Source: a virus
Lineage: Duplodnaviria; Caudoviricetes
Reading direction: 5' to 3' (one strand)
DNA: 64,000 nt
IMG/VR virus record: IMGVR_UViG_3300031414_000005
Part shown: one piece after another, positions 49,214-59,200 of the stretch
Layout: each line of letters begins with the position of its first letter
How positions within the stretch are numbered: position 1 is the first letter of the stretch
Position numbers and translations under genes: made by a program
Notes under the pieces: model-generated
Database searches by the model: none
What the model was told of the DNA's origin: nothing
What the model saw: the letters and a program-made list of their open reading frames with translations, nothing else

Positions 49214-49625
49214 AAATGTACATTTAGTGCGTGTGCCTAATACACCGCACAACCTTTCTTTACTCAAAAACGATCTCGCAGCAATGGTTGGCCATCTGGT
49301 TGGTGAAGCCCAGATCCCGACACAAGGCCGCGGCCAGTCCAGCGAAAAGTTCCGTCAGGACTTCAGCCGGGTCAATCAAGAACGTGGTTGCTTTAAGCTG
49401 CTGGCGTTCTACGCAATGATTGTGCCGGATGCGGATGGCAAAGAGTTCATTCATGTGTCAGGTGATCTTGAGGTCACTGACGGGCGTTATGGGCGGATGG
49501 TGAAAGAATTCATCGCCACCCATGCCGTCAATGCCTGGCGCATTGCCGCCCGCCTTCTATCATCAGACATTGAGAGCCAACAGGTCAATAACCTGATTGC
49601 TCTTGATTTCTCCCCGCAAGTCTAG
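49203..49625 (+). CDS. hypothetical protein, possible inactive prohead-protease fold
   Basis: Paralog of the next gene: F.RV..ERGCFKL...VSGDLEV.D..YG...RI..R. Confidence 0.6.
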   Translation: MKVENVHLVRVPNTPHNLSLLKNDLAAMVGHLVGEAQIPTQGRGQSSEKFRQDFSRVNQERGCFKLLAFYAMIVPDADGKEFIHVSGDLEVTDGRYGRMVKEFIATHAVNAWRIAARLLSSDIESQQVNNLIALDFSPQV

Positions 49626-49633
49626 GGGGTCAC

Positions 49634-50041
49634 ATGAAACTGGAAATCTGTAATGTACGGGCTATTAACGGCAACCAGCAAGTTGTCCACGATGCAATGG
49701 AAGCTTTACTGGATCGCCCGCTGGGTGAACTCAATCCTGACCGACGACGTAAACCACAAGAAACCCTGGAACAGTACAACTCGCGCTTTGCTGAGATCAG
49801 CGATGAACGACAGTGCTGGAAACTGGTTGATTGGGATATGTCACTGCGTCGTATTGGTGCGGACTCATTTTGGGTGGTGATCGGCGATGTCGAATTCCTG
49901 GACAATGCCGTCGGTCAATCCGCGCAAAAGGTTCTTCAGCAAAAGCAGTCGTGTCGCATCGTACCCCGTACCACATCTTCAGATATCTCCGGTACTCATT
50001 TGTCTGAGTTATTCGCTGTCGACATCATTGTCACACAGTAG
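49634..50041 (+). CDS. hypothetical protein, tandem paralog of 49203-49625
   Basis: F.EI..ERQCWKL...VIGDVEF.D..VG...RI..R. Confidence 0.6.
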   Translation: MKLEICNVRAINGNQQVVHDAMEALLDRPLGELNPDRRRKPQETLEQYNSRFAEISDERQCWKLVDWDMSLRRIGADSFWVVIGDVEFLDNAVGQSAQKVLQQKQSCRIVPRTTSSDISGTHLSELFAVDIIVTQ

Positions 50042-50056
50042 GATAAAACACCTGAA

Positions 50057-50084
50057 GGGGAGAGGCGTGAGTCTCTCCCCGTTT
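50057..50084 (+). terminator. intrinsic terminator
   Basis: GGGGAGAGGC-GTGA-GTCTCTCCCC then GTTT. Confidence 0.7.
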
Positions 50085-50138
50085 GAGAAAGTTTATACAA
50101 CTGTGATTGGTTGTATGTTTTGCAGGGAACCTTCTACT

Positions 50139-50771
50139 ATGTTCAGTAAACCTTTCAATGCCCGTCATTATCAAATTGATTTCACCCGAGATGACCGTGG
50201 TGCAATGGTGTACCTCGACATCTTCCGTCAAGGGCGTCATGGGGGTCGTCGTGAGCTCGTGACAGAGCTGCGCCGTATTGATGCCCGTAACCCCATGCGA
50301 CGCAACAGCGACCGCGACAAGCACTTCCTGTTCACCGATGCAAGCTCTCAACAACATCAAGTGATGGGCATTAAAAACAACAGCGGTGAGTTAGCCCATG
50401 AACAGATCTTCGATATCCTGGTGATCAACGATATCGCTAACCCTAACAAACCTTTAGGACGCCCTATGAGCAATGAAAAGCAGTACAGTCTGGCTGAGTT
50501 GCAAAAGATCTATGACAGCCTGCGCCACCGTGAACAGCAGTTAACTCATACGTTAAATTCTTTACAGATGACCGGTGTTACCGGTCCCCGTGAACACACC
50601 AAATTTCAGGATGTCAGTGCCGCTTATGAAGCCATTAAATCGGAAGCAGCAGGCGTGGAGAGACTGGTACGTCGGCTACGTGAAGTCGACCCCTCATTCG
50701 AACCCTTACCCACCACGCTGGACGCACAGCGTAGCCAACACGTGTCTAACCTCATTGCTGGGCTGATGTAA
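50139..50771 (+). CDS. hypothetical protein with a C-terminal coiled coil
   Basis: Start set at MFSKPF after the terminator. Confidence 0.6.
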   Translation: MFSKPFNARHYQIDFTRDDRGAMVYLDIFRQGRHGGRRELVTELRRIDARNPMRRNSDRDKHFLFTDASSQQHQVMGIKNNSGELAHEQIFDILVINDIANPNKPLGRPMSNEKQYSLAELQKIYDSLRHREQQLTHTLNSLQMTGVTGPREHTKFQDVSAAYEAIKSEAAGVERLVRRLREVDPSFEPLPTTLDAQRSQHVSNLIAGLM

Positions 50772-50774
50772 TCC

Positions 50775-50798
50775 AGAGGAGCCAATGGCTCCTCTTTT
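50775..50798 (+). terminator. intrinsic terminator
   Basis: AGAGGAGCC-AAT-GGCTCCTCT then TTT. Confidence 0.8.
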
Positions 50799-50821
50799 CA
50801 GGCCAAGCGTAAATATTCACA

Positions 50822-50843
50822 GACCTATATTACCTGTGTGTAA
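50822..50843 (+). promoter_or_regulatory. putative early (virion-RNAP) promoter
   Basis: GACC-TATATTAC-CTGTGTGTAA just after a terminator. Confidence 0.75.
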
Positions 50844-50879
50844 TCTCACCCATCTACTTTCTAATGAAGAGGACTTCTC

Positions 50880-51599
50880 ATGTCAACGAAAACTACCCTG
50901 TCTCTGCAACTGTCTCACACTGATCTGCTGGCGCTGGAAGCCGTAGCGGGTTATAACACTGACCGCCTGGCGGACGTTGTAACGGGTATGGTCAAAACCC
51001 AACTAACCCAGCTTCAGCACTCCGGTACCGTTTTAAGTTTCCACAGTGCTGATCACCTGGATAATATTCCTGCGGTTTCCGGCCGCGCTGTTGGCGCTGG
51101 CATGATGCTGGCGATGGGTTTTATCGATATGGCAGTGGCTGGGGCAGGCGGTCAGCTGACATCAGCGGTGATGCCGGTGCTTTTCCGACTGATCGGTAAA
51201 ATCGATAATGACTACCTCGTGGCGATGACTGAAATCCGTCCCAACGCATTCCGTCGTCATATCGTTAACGGTCGCGAAACTCTGTTTACCGAAGAACAGT
51301 TAAAAGGTTGCACGCCTGTGTTCACTGCGGTACGGGGTCAACTGGGTGAAGGTCAGCTGGCGGTATACCCTCAGGTTGGCCCGCATAACTACATGCAGCA
51401 CGATCTGTCCCAGTCTCCCGTCTACCGCGTACCCGCTACAGCAATCTACGGTGTGCCCGATGTGGTGCGTCAAGAGCTGGAAAGCTTTGGTGGGGCACAA
51501 GCCCATGCAGGCGCTCAGTACACAGGGGAGCGCCCTGGCGGTAGCCATGGTTCCTGGAACACGAACAACGGCGGGATGTTCAACGGTCGTGGGTGGTAA
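50880..51599 (+). CDS. hypothetical early protein
   Basis: GAGGA RBS; Gly-rich C-terminus. Confidence 0.7.
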   Translation: MSTKTTLSLQLSHTDLLALEAVAGYNTDRLADVVTGMVKTQLTQLQHSGTVLSFHSADHLDNIPAVSGRAVGAGMMLAMGFIDMAVAGAGGQLTSAVMPVLFRLIGKIDNDYLVAMTEIRPNAFRRHIVNGRETLFTEEQLKGCTPVFTAVRGQLGEGQLAVYPQVGPHNYMQHDLSQSPVYRVPATAIYGVPDVVRQELESFGGAQAHAGAQYTGERPGGSHGSWNTNNGGMFNGRGW

Positions 51600-51738
51600 T
51601 CTGTAATCCCGGACATCGTTAACGATGGTATAGACTGACGTCTCCCTTTCCTTATTCTTTGTTACTAAGCGAGCTAACGCTAACGTGAACAAAGCGTAGC
51701 TAGGGAGATATGATGCAATTTACAAAAGGATTATTAGT

Positions 51739-52509
51739 ATGACCAGTGAGTATAAGGTCCGGGGGTTTAACTTCCTTAAAACCGCAGAGCAAGGTGACAT
51801 CACTGAAGGTTTTGAGATGCGCAGTATCCTGGAGATCGTAGAACAGGCTGTGCTGACATCAGATGAACCTTGCGCCGTTTATCAATTGACAGACGAAAAC
51901 GATCAGGTCATCGGGATGTTGCAAGACATCTTACTACCCCCTTCACCGCATCAGGCCCTGTTATTTCGCGCCGGCCTTTCACATATTTGTTTCGAAAACA
52001 GCCTGACCGGGACCATGCAATTCGAAAACCTGGGTGGCACTTATTCAGCATACCTGCATCGTCTGGAAGACCATGACGCTGTTTTCAACTTCCTGGAAGC
52101 GTTCTTTATCGATAACAGCAAGATGAAAGGTCCGGGTGGGTTGTTTGAAGTACCGGCCCCTATTGATAACGCGGTAGCTGCCATCGACCGCAGTGACCTC
52201 ATCACCCTGATCAATCGTGTCTATGAACGTTGTGTGGAATTAGACATCAATCACTTCCCAACCCGGTCACGGGCGTTGTCTTTGCGATTGACCAAGCTTG
52301 ATGATGAGCAACTCCGCCTTGAACTCCGTTGGGTGGTGGGTCAGCTCAATGCCATTGAACAGAAGCTCGCGTTGGATAAGCAATGTGTGCCAATTGACCA
52401 AGACACACTGGACGCGGTTACAATTGCGGCTAACCTGGTCGTTGGGCGTTCAATCGCACACGGCATGTCAGTCTCCAACTTTGAATCAGCGAATATCAAA
52501 GGTAAATAA
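51739..52509 (+). CDS. hypothetical protein
   Basis: AAGGA RBS. Confidence 0.65.
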   Translation: MTSEYKVRGFNFLKTAEQGDITEGFEMRSILEIVEQAVLTSDEPCAVYQLTDENDQVIGMLQDILLPPSPHQALLFRAGLSHICFENSLTGTMQFENLGGTYSAYLHRLEDHDAVFNFLEAFFIDNSKMKGPGGLFEVPAPIDNAVAAIDRSDLITLINRVYERCVELDINHFPTRSRALSLRLTKLDDEQLRLELRWVVGQLNAIEQKLALDKQCVPIDQDTLDAVTIAANLVVGRSIAHGMSVSNFESANIKGK

Positions 52510-52511
52510 CC

Positions 52512-52796
52512 ATGGGTAAGAAGTCGTCTGAAAAGAAAGCGCGGTTGCAGGGTATTCCTGCCTCGCCGAAGAAAACCGAACTGATGGTGAAACCCAATCC
52601 CCCGGGACCAAAGTTTGTGAACCGTTTACAACGGGCAACCATCTGGCTGGGCCGTAACCATGCCGGTGTCGGTCACAGCGGCTTTCATCTGGAGTTCGAA
52701 GCGGAAGGTGACCAGGTCGATGTCATCATGCCTTCGCTGGAAGAAACCATCCGCACCCACATTAACCTGAAACGACACGGAGCTATCTCGGCATGA
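52512..52796 (+). CDS. hypothetical protein with a basic N-terminus
   Basis: ORF in operon. Confidence 0.6.
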   Translation: MGKKSSEKKARLQGIPASPKKTELMVKPNPPGPKFVNRLQRATIWLGRNHAGVGHSGFHLEFEAEGDQVDVIMPSLEETIRTHINLKRHGAISA

Positions 52797-53044
52797 TTGG
52801 TATTCCCCTTTTAAAAGCACAAGTTACTGTTATGCCAATTGTCCAGGTTGTTCCCATGGACAACGGCGAGTACGACGTCATCTGCACCAACGGGCGTCTG
52901 CGTCTGAGTCGCCCGAACCTGATCGTGGATATCCCGTCAGTCGGTAACTACGTTATTATTCCGGATCACCGTCTGGGCCTTCCAATGTTTGTGTTAACCG
53001 AAGAACGCTACCAGCTGTTCATCGATCAAAATCTGCCAACATAA
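52793..53044 (+). CDS. hypothetical protein
   Basis: GGAG RBS; ATGA coupling; terminator follows. Confidence 0.6.
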   Translation: MIGIPLLKAQVTVMPIVQVVPMDNGEYDVICTNGRLRLSRPNLIVDIPSVGNYVIIPDHRLGLPMFVLTEERYQLFIDQNLPT

Positions 53045-53054
53045 CAATCTATTA

Positions 53055-53085
53055 GGGGCCGATGGGGAAACCTGTCGGTCCCTTT
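53055..53085 (+). terminator. intrinsic terminator
   Basis: GGGCCGATGG-GGAAA-CCTGTCGGTCCC then TTT. Confidence 0.6.
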
Positions 53086-53118
53086 CCATTCATGTGTTAT
53101 TTTTTTTGGTGTCCCTCC

Positions 53119-53205
53119 ATGACCACTGTGAAGTTCTTTTGCTATTGGGCGTGCCTCATGCTGGTCATGATCGCCGCCACACACCGGTACTACGGAGACT
53201 TCTAA
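53119..53205 (+). CDS. 28-aa hydrophobic microprotein; absent from the ORF track
   Basis: MTTVKFFCYWACLMLVMIAATHRYYGDF; TAATG coupling to the next gene. Confidence 0.35.
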   Translation: MTTVKFFCYWACLMLVMIAATHRYYGDF

Positions 53206-53414
53206 TGAAAGAGATCACTGCTTATCAACACGCGGTCAGGATGGGTTTCGTGGGCAGTGAGCCAGAGTTCAATGGATTCATCAGTGAGATCTGGTTGATT
53301 GACCATTTACGTGATCAACCGGTCCGCATGAGCTTTGCTAAGGATGCCCCACCGGAGTTATTGAAATGGGTGCCAGGTCGTCCAACTTCCAATTTCATTA
53401 CCGTTCCAATGTAA
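53205..53414 (+). CDS. small protein beginning with one SAYE-type repeat
   Basis: GGAG RBS; MKEITAYQHAVRMGFVGSEPEF... Confidence 0.6.
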   Translation: MKEITAYQHAVRMGFVGSEPEFNGFISEIWLIDHLRDQPVRMSFAKDAPPELLKWVPGRPTSNFITVPM

Positions 53415-53420
53415 CCTGCC

Positions 53421-53448
53421 AGAGGCTCCCGTAATGGGAGCCTCTTTT
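53421..53448 (+). terminator. intrinsic terminator
   Basis: AGAGGCTCCC-GTAAT-GGGAGCCTCT then TTT. Confidence 0.85.
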
Positions 53449-53533
53449 AATGCGTTTATTTTTTTTTGCTGAAATCGTATGTAGTATTTTACATAGGCTA
53501 CAAACATCACTACCAACCTCTGAGGAATGGACC

Positions 53534-54355
53534 ATGCCTTTACTAACTAAATCTCCATTTGCTGAGATCTTGGCGGAAATCAATACCAAGAACAACACCA
53601 CTTTGACCGCAGCCGATGTGAAGTTAACCATGTCGAACCCGGGCAGTGCGGTGAACACCGATCTTGTGGTTTCCCCGGCGACCGGCTCGCGTTACACCAA
53701 CCAGAAAAAAGTGCAGTATCACCGTCGTGATATCGCCAAATGGTTTACCGGAATCACGGTGCGTGTGGATGCAGCAGAAGCCAGTACTTTCGGCGATGTG
53801 ATTACCCTCCTGAACACCCGCTACGGTTTGCAGTTCACCGACAACGATTTCTCGGCCAGTGTCCGTAACCAGAAAGTGACTTACGGATCACAGAGCCAGC
53901 TGAACCTCAGCATCCAGATTGACGAAGCCAACTCCATGGGGTGGGTCGGGGCATTGACCGTGTTGTCTGTGGACCCAGGCTCGCAGCTCGACATGATCAT
54001 CACCACGACCCAGATGGACGGCCTGAAGTACGCCGACGGGGGCGACGGTACCTTGCCGTCTGCGGCGGTCCGCACTTACCCGAACAACTACTCCCCGCAA
54101 ACCACCGCGTTGAAAACCGTGGCCACGGGTGCTGGCACTATCAGTGCGACCCTGGCGGATGCGTTACTGGCACTCACCCCGATGCAAAGTGGGGACGCCC
54201 CGTTTGTGCAGGCTGACATCACTTCAGCCAACGTGCAGTACAACGGACCAACCAGCGGGTATGCCAACGCAAATACCGCGTACAGCAACGTGGTGGTCGC
54301 CCGCTGCACCAACGGCAAGTTCTACGGTAATTTCATGTTCCACTACAACGTGTGA
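53534..54355 (+). CDS. virion structural protein (paralog family with 54423, 55677, 60358)
   Basis: GAGGA RBS; Y.RRDI..F, L..LN.RYGL, W.G.L.V, MDGL.Y motifs. Confidence 0.7.
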   Translation: MPLLTKSPFAEILAEINTKNNTTLTAADVKLTMSNPGSAVNTDLVVSPATGSRYTNQKKVQYHRRDIAKWFTGITVRVDAAEASTFGDVITLLNTRYGLQFTDNDFSASVRNQKVTYGSQSQLNLSIQIDEANSMGWVGALTVLSVDPGSQLDMIITTTQMDGLKYADGGDGTLPSAAVRTYPNNYSPQTTALKTVATGAGTISATLADALLALTPMQSGDAPFVQADITSANVQYNGPTSGYANANTAYSNVVVARCTNGKFYGNFMFHYNV

Positions 54356-54374
54356 TTATCGGGCCTTAACTGAC

Positions 54375-54398
54375 AGCGGTGGCGACACCGCTTTCTTT
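54375..54398 (+). terminator. intrinsic terminator
   Basis: AGCGGTG-GCGA-CACCGCT then TTCTTT. Confidence 0.7.
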
Positions 54399-54422
54399 AC
54401 CTTCGGCTAAGAGGATGTCAGT

Positions 54423-55580
54423 ATGAGCCTGATGATCATGACACCGGTGCAGGAGTTGGTGGATTTGATCAATCGCGTGAACATGAGTAAGATCAAACCT
54501 GAAGGGGTGCAATTCACAAGCCCCGACAATACCACCTTGCAGGATATGACCCGCATCACCATCCAACCGATGAGCAACGTGAACGAATACGGTGGCACTA
54601 AACTGATTCGTTATCGTCGACGTGACATTGCCAAGTTTTTTCTCGGGGTGCAGCAAACGTACACCGCGACCTCCCGAGCAAACACCACCATGACCGAAAT
54701 CTTGCAGGCGACCCTGGCGAAGTACCGCATTGCAATGGACGGGATGGTGGTAGGGGGTGGGAGCACCACCGTGAATTTTCGTTACGGTGACACCGTCATG
54801 GTGAACGTAGAACTGGATAACACCAACTCCATGACCTGGAAGGGGACGTTGCCGGTGAAGGTCACTCTGTACGAACCGGTCCCTTACCCAACCGATGTGA
54901 ATGCCTTCTGGAACGGGGTCATGGAAACCACCACCCCTGCGGTGCTGAACCTTCCTTACCCTAATAAAGGTAACCTGACCAGCCTGGCGTATTACATCAA
55001 CGGGGTGAAAGTGACCCCGGTTATTAACACCACCACCAAGACGGTCACCACCACGGCCAGTTACCCGGCCGGGCGGTACACCGTGTCCGTTCGGGCAACA
55101 GCCGGCGGACCTTATGACATGCTCTGCACCACCACCAAACTGGTGGAGTTGTTGTCACCCTGGAAAATTCCGATCACCACGTCGGTGTTGGGATTGGTCG
55201 GGGGAACCAACACCGTGAGTAAACTGGCAGGGTGCACCCTGTTGCGCAAGATCCCCTCGGACATGTTTCAGTATTGTGGTCCCCTGACCGGGACCGATGG
55301 GTGGTTTGAGGGGTGCACGATGTTACAGGGGTTACCAGCCGGGTTGTTTGCCCCACTGGTGAACCTGAAGTCCGCCACGTCGATGTTCAGGAATTGCCCG
55401 ACCATCACGGTGGTTCAGCCCCGCTTCGTGGCCAACTCCCCACTGCTGTTAAACGTGGATGCCATGTTCCGGGGTTGCAGTGCGTTGACCAAAGACAACG
55501 TCCCGGCGAACCCGTGGGAAGGAACATTGATTCCCGGGTTAGGCAACGGGGTGATGACCGGCGTCTTTGACTGGCAGTAG
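54423..55580 (+). CDS. virion structural protein with C-terminal BspA/DUF285-type leucine-rich repeats
   Basis: N-terminal YRRRDIAKFF domain; C-terminal F..C..L..IP..LF / MF..C..L repeats. Confidence 0.7.
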   Translation: MSLMIMTPVQELVDLINRVNMSKIKPEGVQFTSPDNTTLQDMTRITIQPMSNVNEYGGTKLIRYRRRDIAKFFLGVQQTYTATSRANTTMTEILQATLAKYRIAMDGMVVGGGSTTVNFRYGDTVMVNVELDNTNSMTWKGTLPVKVTLYEPVPYPTDVNAFWNGVMETTTPAVLNLPYPNKGNLTSLAYYINGVKVTPVINTTTKTVTTTASYPAGRYTVSVRATAGGPYDMLCTTTKLVELLSPWKIPITTSVLGLVGGTNTVSKLAGCTLLRKIPSDMFQYCGPLTGTDGWFEGCTMLQGLPAGLFAPLVNLKSATSMFRNCPTITVVQPRFVANSPLLLNVDAMFRGCSALTKDNVPANPWEGTLIPGLGNGVMTGVFDWQ

Positions 55581-55629
55581 CATGTATTTTTGAACATCGT
55601 ATGTGTTTCGACACTCGTGCAAGTCTGAT

Positions 55630-55657
55630 GGCGGTAGCGAGAGTTACCGCCTTCTTT
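55630..55657 (+). terminator. intrinsic terminator
   Basis: GGCGGTAGC-GAGA-GTTACCGCC then TTCTTT. Confidence 0.7.
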
Positions 55658-55676
55658 ATTTGTTATAGGAACCATT

Positions 55677-56225
55677 ATGGTCAATCTCAACAAACCGGCC
55701 AAGGATCTCATCATTGATCTCCTCAACGAGAGCAACCGTGAGTATCTGGACGCCTTAAAGCTGAAAGATTTGACCGAAGGAAACATTTCACTTGGCACCC
55801 CTTCGGCCAATGAGGAACCTGCTAAGCATAACACGAAGATCGTGGTGAATTCGGTCGTGGGTGGTGGGTTTTATAACTCGGTGCCTGTGAGCTATGATCG
55901 ACTTTCATTGTCAGTGCTTTTCAGTAAATTAAACCAGGTGCGGTTAGATGTCCGTCATCCAACCTCGACATCCGATTTGCTCCCCCGACTGAACAAGAAG
56001 TTTGGCCTGCAATTGTCACCCGATGACATTGTGGTGCAAACCATTACCGGTGCCCGTGGTGACACAGTGACGCTCACTGCTCAACCTGAAGCGCTGTGCT
56101 ATATCGGTTCGGTCGATATTGTTCTTGGGTTCGAATTCTTGCGTGGGGTAATGCTCATGGAAGACGGCCAGCCTATGTTCGAAGAGAACACCGGCAACCC
56201 CATGTTTGAAGAAATCATTGTTTAA
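55677..56225 (+). CDS. virion structural protein (same paralog family)
   Basis: Y.RLSL..LF, DLLP.LN..FGL.L..DDI, L.YIGS. Confidence 0.7.
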   Translation: MVNLNKPAKDLIIDLLNESNREYLDALKLKDLTEGNISLGTPSANEEPAKHNTKIVVNSVVGGGFYNSVPVSYDRLSLSVLFSKLNQVRLDVRHPTSTSDLLPRLNKKFGLQLSPDDIVVQTITGARGDTVTLTAQPEALCYIGSVDIVLGFEFLRGVMLMEDGQPMFEENTGNPMFEEIIV

Positions 56226-56239
56226 CGGAGTGACGACAC

Positions 56240-59200
56240 ATGTCCGAAACATCTAAGTACCCTTTAGCTACGGTGCTCAATCCCGACGACACCGTCCAGG
56301 GTTTGCAGAAAGACCCGGCCACCGGGAAATGGATCAACACCAATTTCAAACTCGATCTGTTAAAAGGATTGAACGGCAAATCGGCGTATGAGCTGGCAGT
56401 GGATAACGGCTTTGTGGGTACCGAACAGGAATGGCTTGATTCCATTCTGGGTGCCAACGCCTATGAGGTGGCCAAACTTAATGGCTATAAAGGTACCGCG
56501 CAAGAATGGCTGGCATCTTTAAAAGGGAAAAGCTCATACGAGATCGCGGTCGAGCAGGGCTTCCAAGGCACCGAAGCGGACTTCCTGACCAGCCTGAAAG
56601 GTGATGTGGGTGATCCCGGTGAAAGTGCTTACCAGGTGGCTGTAAAAGAAGGCTTCGTGGGTACTGAAGCCGACTGGCTGAAATCCCTGGTGGGGAAAGC
56701 CGGTGTTCGTATCCTCGGCCCGCTGAACAAAGTCTCCGATTTACCTGACCCAACCAAACAGGTTGAGGGTGACACCTACGTTATCCAGGGTCACTTCTGG
56801 TCGATTGTGAAGAACAACCAAAACCAGCTCGCCTGGCAGGACATCGGTAACTTCCTGGGACCAGTGGGTGCATCTGCTTACCAGGTTGCCGTGGACAACG
56901 GTTTCCAGGGCACCGAACTGGAATGGCTTGACAGCATCCGTGGTCAGGACGGTATTGGTCTGCGTATCCTGGGGTCTTTCCAGGACGTGAGCAACCTGCC
57001 ACAGCCGGGCACCAACAACGGTGACACGTACATCATCAAAGAGAAGATGTATGTCTGGGACGGCACCCAGTGGTCGACAGTGGGTCAGGTCGGTCCGCAA
57101 GGTAAGTCTGCTTACCAGTCTGCGGTGTCCGCAGGTTTCCAGGGGACTGAGGCTCAGTGGCTGAAAACCCTGATCGGTAAATCCGCCTACCAGACGGCCC
57201 TCGATAACGGCTTCACCGGCAGTGAATCAGATTGGTTAACCGCCATGAAGATCAAGGGTGACAAGGGTGATGACGGTGACAGCGCCTATGAGGTCGCTGT
57301 GAAAGAAGGTTTCGTCGGTGATGAAGCTGCTTGGCTCCAGTCATTGAAAGTCAAAGGTGACCAGGGCGAACCGTCGTACGCCATCCGGACCCTCGGGAAG
57401 AAAGCCGATGAGTCTGAACTGCCGCGTGACGGTAGCCAGGCACTGGGCGATGCGTACTGGATCGGCACCGACCTGCATGTCTGGGACGGTACGGACTGGG
57501 AAAACCTCGGCAGCATCAAAGGTGAAAACGGTCTGAGTGCCTTTGAAGTAGCTGTTGCGGAAGGTTACAAAGGCACCACCGCTGAATGGCTGGCCTCCCT
57601 TAAGGGTGGTAAAGGTGATGACGGTGACGACGGTGCTTCGGCTTACCAGTTGGCTGTCAAAAACGGGTTTGTCGGCACGGAAGCGCAGTGGTTAGCCTCA
57701 CTCAAAGTGAAAGGCGACCAAGGTGACTCTGCCTACCAAGTCGCAGTGGCGAATGGATTCACAGGGGATGAGGCTGCGTGGTTGTTGTCTCTGAAAGGTA
57801 ACCCGGGCGACCCTGCTCCGGCGGTGAACCTGATTGACCGCATCACCGACAAGAACGATCTGCCAGCGACCGGCAATAATACTAACGATGCGTACTTCGT
57901 CAATAAAGAGTTGTATGTCTGGCGTAATGGTGCGTGGGTGAGTTTCGGTGACCTGTCGGGTCCTGCCGGTGAGTCAGCTTATGAGCTGGCGGTGGCTGCC
58001 GGGTTCGTGGGTGATCAGCAAGCCTGGTTTGACTCCCTGAAGGTGAAAGGGGATAAAGGCGATGACGGTGACAGTGCGTATGAAGTTGCCGTTAAGAACG
58101 GCTTCCAGGGTGATGTTACAGCCTGGTTAGCCAGCCTGAAAGTCAAAGGCGATCCAGGTCCGTCTGCGTATGACGCAGCAGTAGCCGAAGGTTTCCAAGG
58201 TACACGTGCACAGTGGTTGGCGTCACTGAATGGCAAGACGGCGTACCAGACCGCGCTTGACAATGGCTTCCAGGGAACCGAAGCGCAGTGGCTGGCGTCG
58301 TTGGTCGGTGCTACCGGTAAATCGGCCTACCAGAGTGCGGTGGACAACGGTTATACTGGTACTGAAGCGGATTGGCTGAAGACCCTGGTTGGTAAACAGG
58401 GTGAAGATGCGTATCAGGTTGCGCTGAAGGAAGGCTTTACCGGTGACCGTGCAGCGTGGTTGGATAGCCTGAAAGTCAAAGGCGACAAAGGTGATGATGG
58501 TGAGCCGAGTCCGGGCATCTACATCGACGGGGAAGTGGCACAGGAAAGTGATCTGCCGGCAGGCGGGGCTGACCTCGGTCATGGTTACCTGATCAATGGG
58601 GATTACTGGTACTACCGTCGTTCGGATTCCACCTGGCAGAACGCAGGGCCTATCCGCGGTGAGAAGGGTGGTAAAGGTGATCCGGGTGATGACGGCAAGT
58701 CCGCGTATGAAGTGGCGCAGGCTAACGGCTTCACCGGCAGCGAAGCCGACTGGTTGGTGTCGCTGAAAGGTAACCCGGGGGATAAAGGTGAGCAAGGTAC
58801 TATCTGGATCGTACTGAGCCGTGATCCACAGGCAACCGACGGTCGTAAGGGTGACTACTACTTCAACATGGTCGATCAACAGGTGTACGTTAAGACTTCG
58901 GCTACGGCCTGGTCAAGCCTGGGTCACATTGGGGGTGGTAACCTGTACGATGCGGCGCACGATGATGTGAAGCGTGTGTTGCAGAACGGTGCCTGGGTAG
59001 CGGTGGCGATCGACAGCGATGCAGTGAAAGATGGCACACCGTACGTCCGTCAGGATAATGGTTGGGTCAAACTGGCACTGTCACAAACGCTGATCGCGGG
59101 CACGTTGCCAGCGAATGCGGATGCCGCGGGTCAGTACCTGCTCACCAAGAACGGTTGGGTGCGTTTGGATCACTACGATCTGAAGGTCATTGCCTCCACC

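Noticed and set aside
31966-53467. Poly-T tracts (about 31968, 48606, 53099, 53458) as phase-variation or frameshift sites
   Set aside because: All lie in intergenic, terminator-adjacent DNA, not inside supported reading frames
56378-58770. CRISPR array or DGR template/variable repeat
   Set aside because: The repeats are in-frame, synonymously diverged protein repeats; no unique spacers, cas genes or reverse transcriptase in the window
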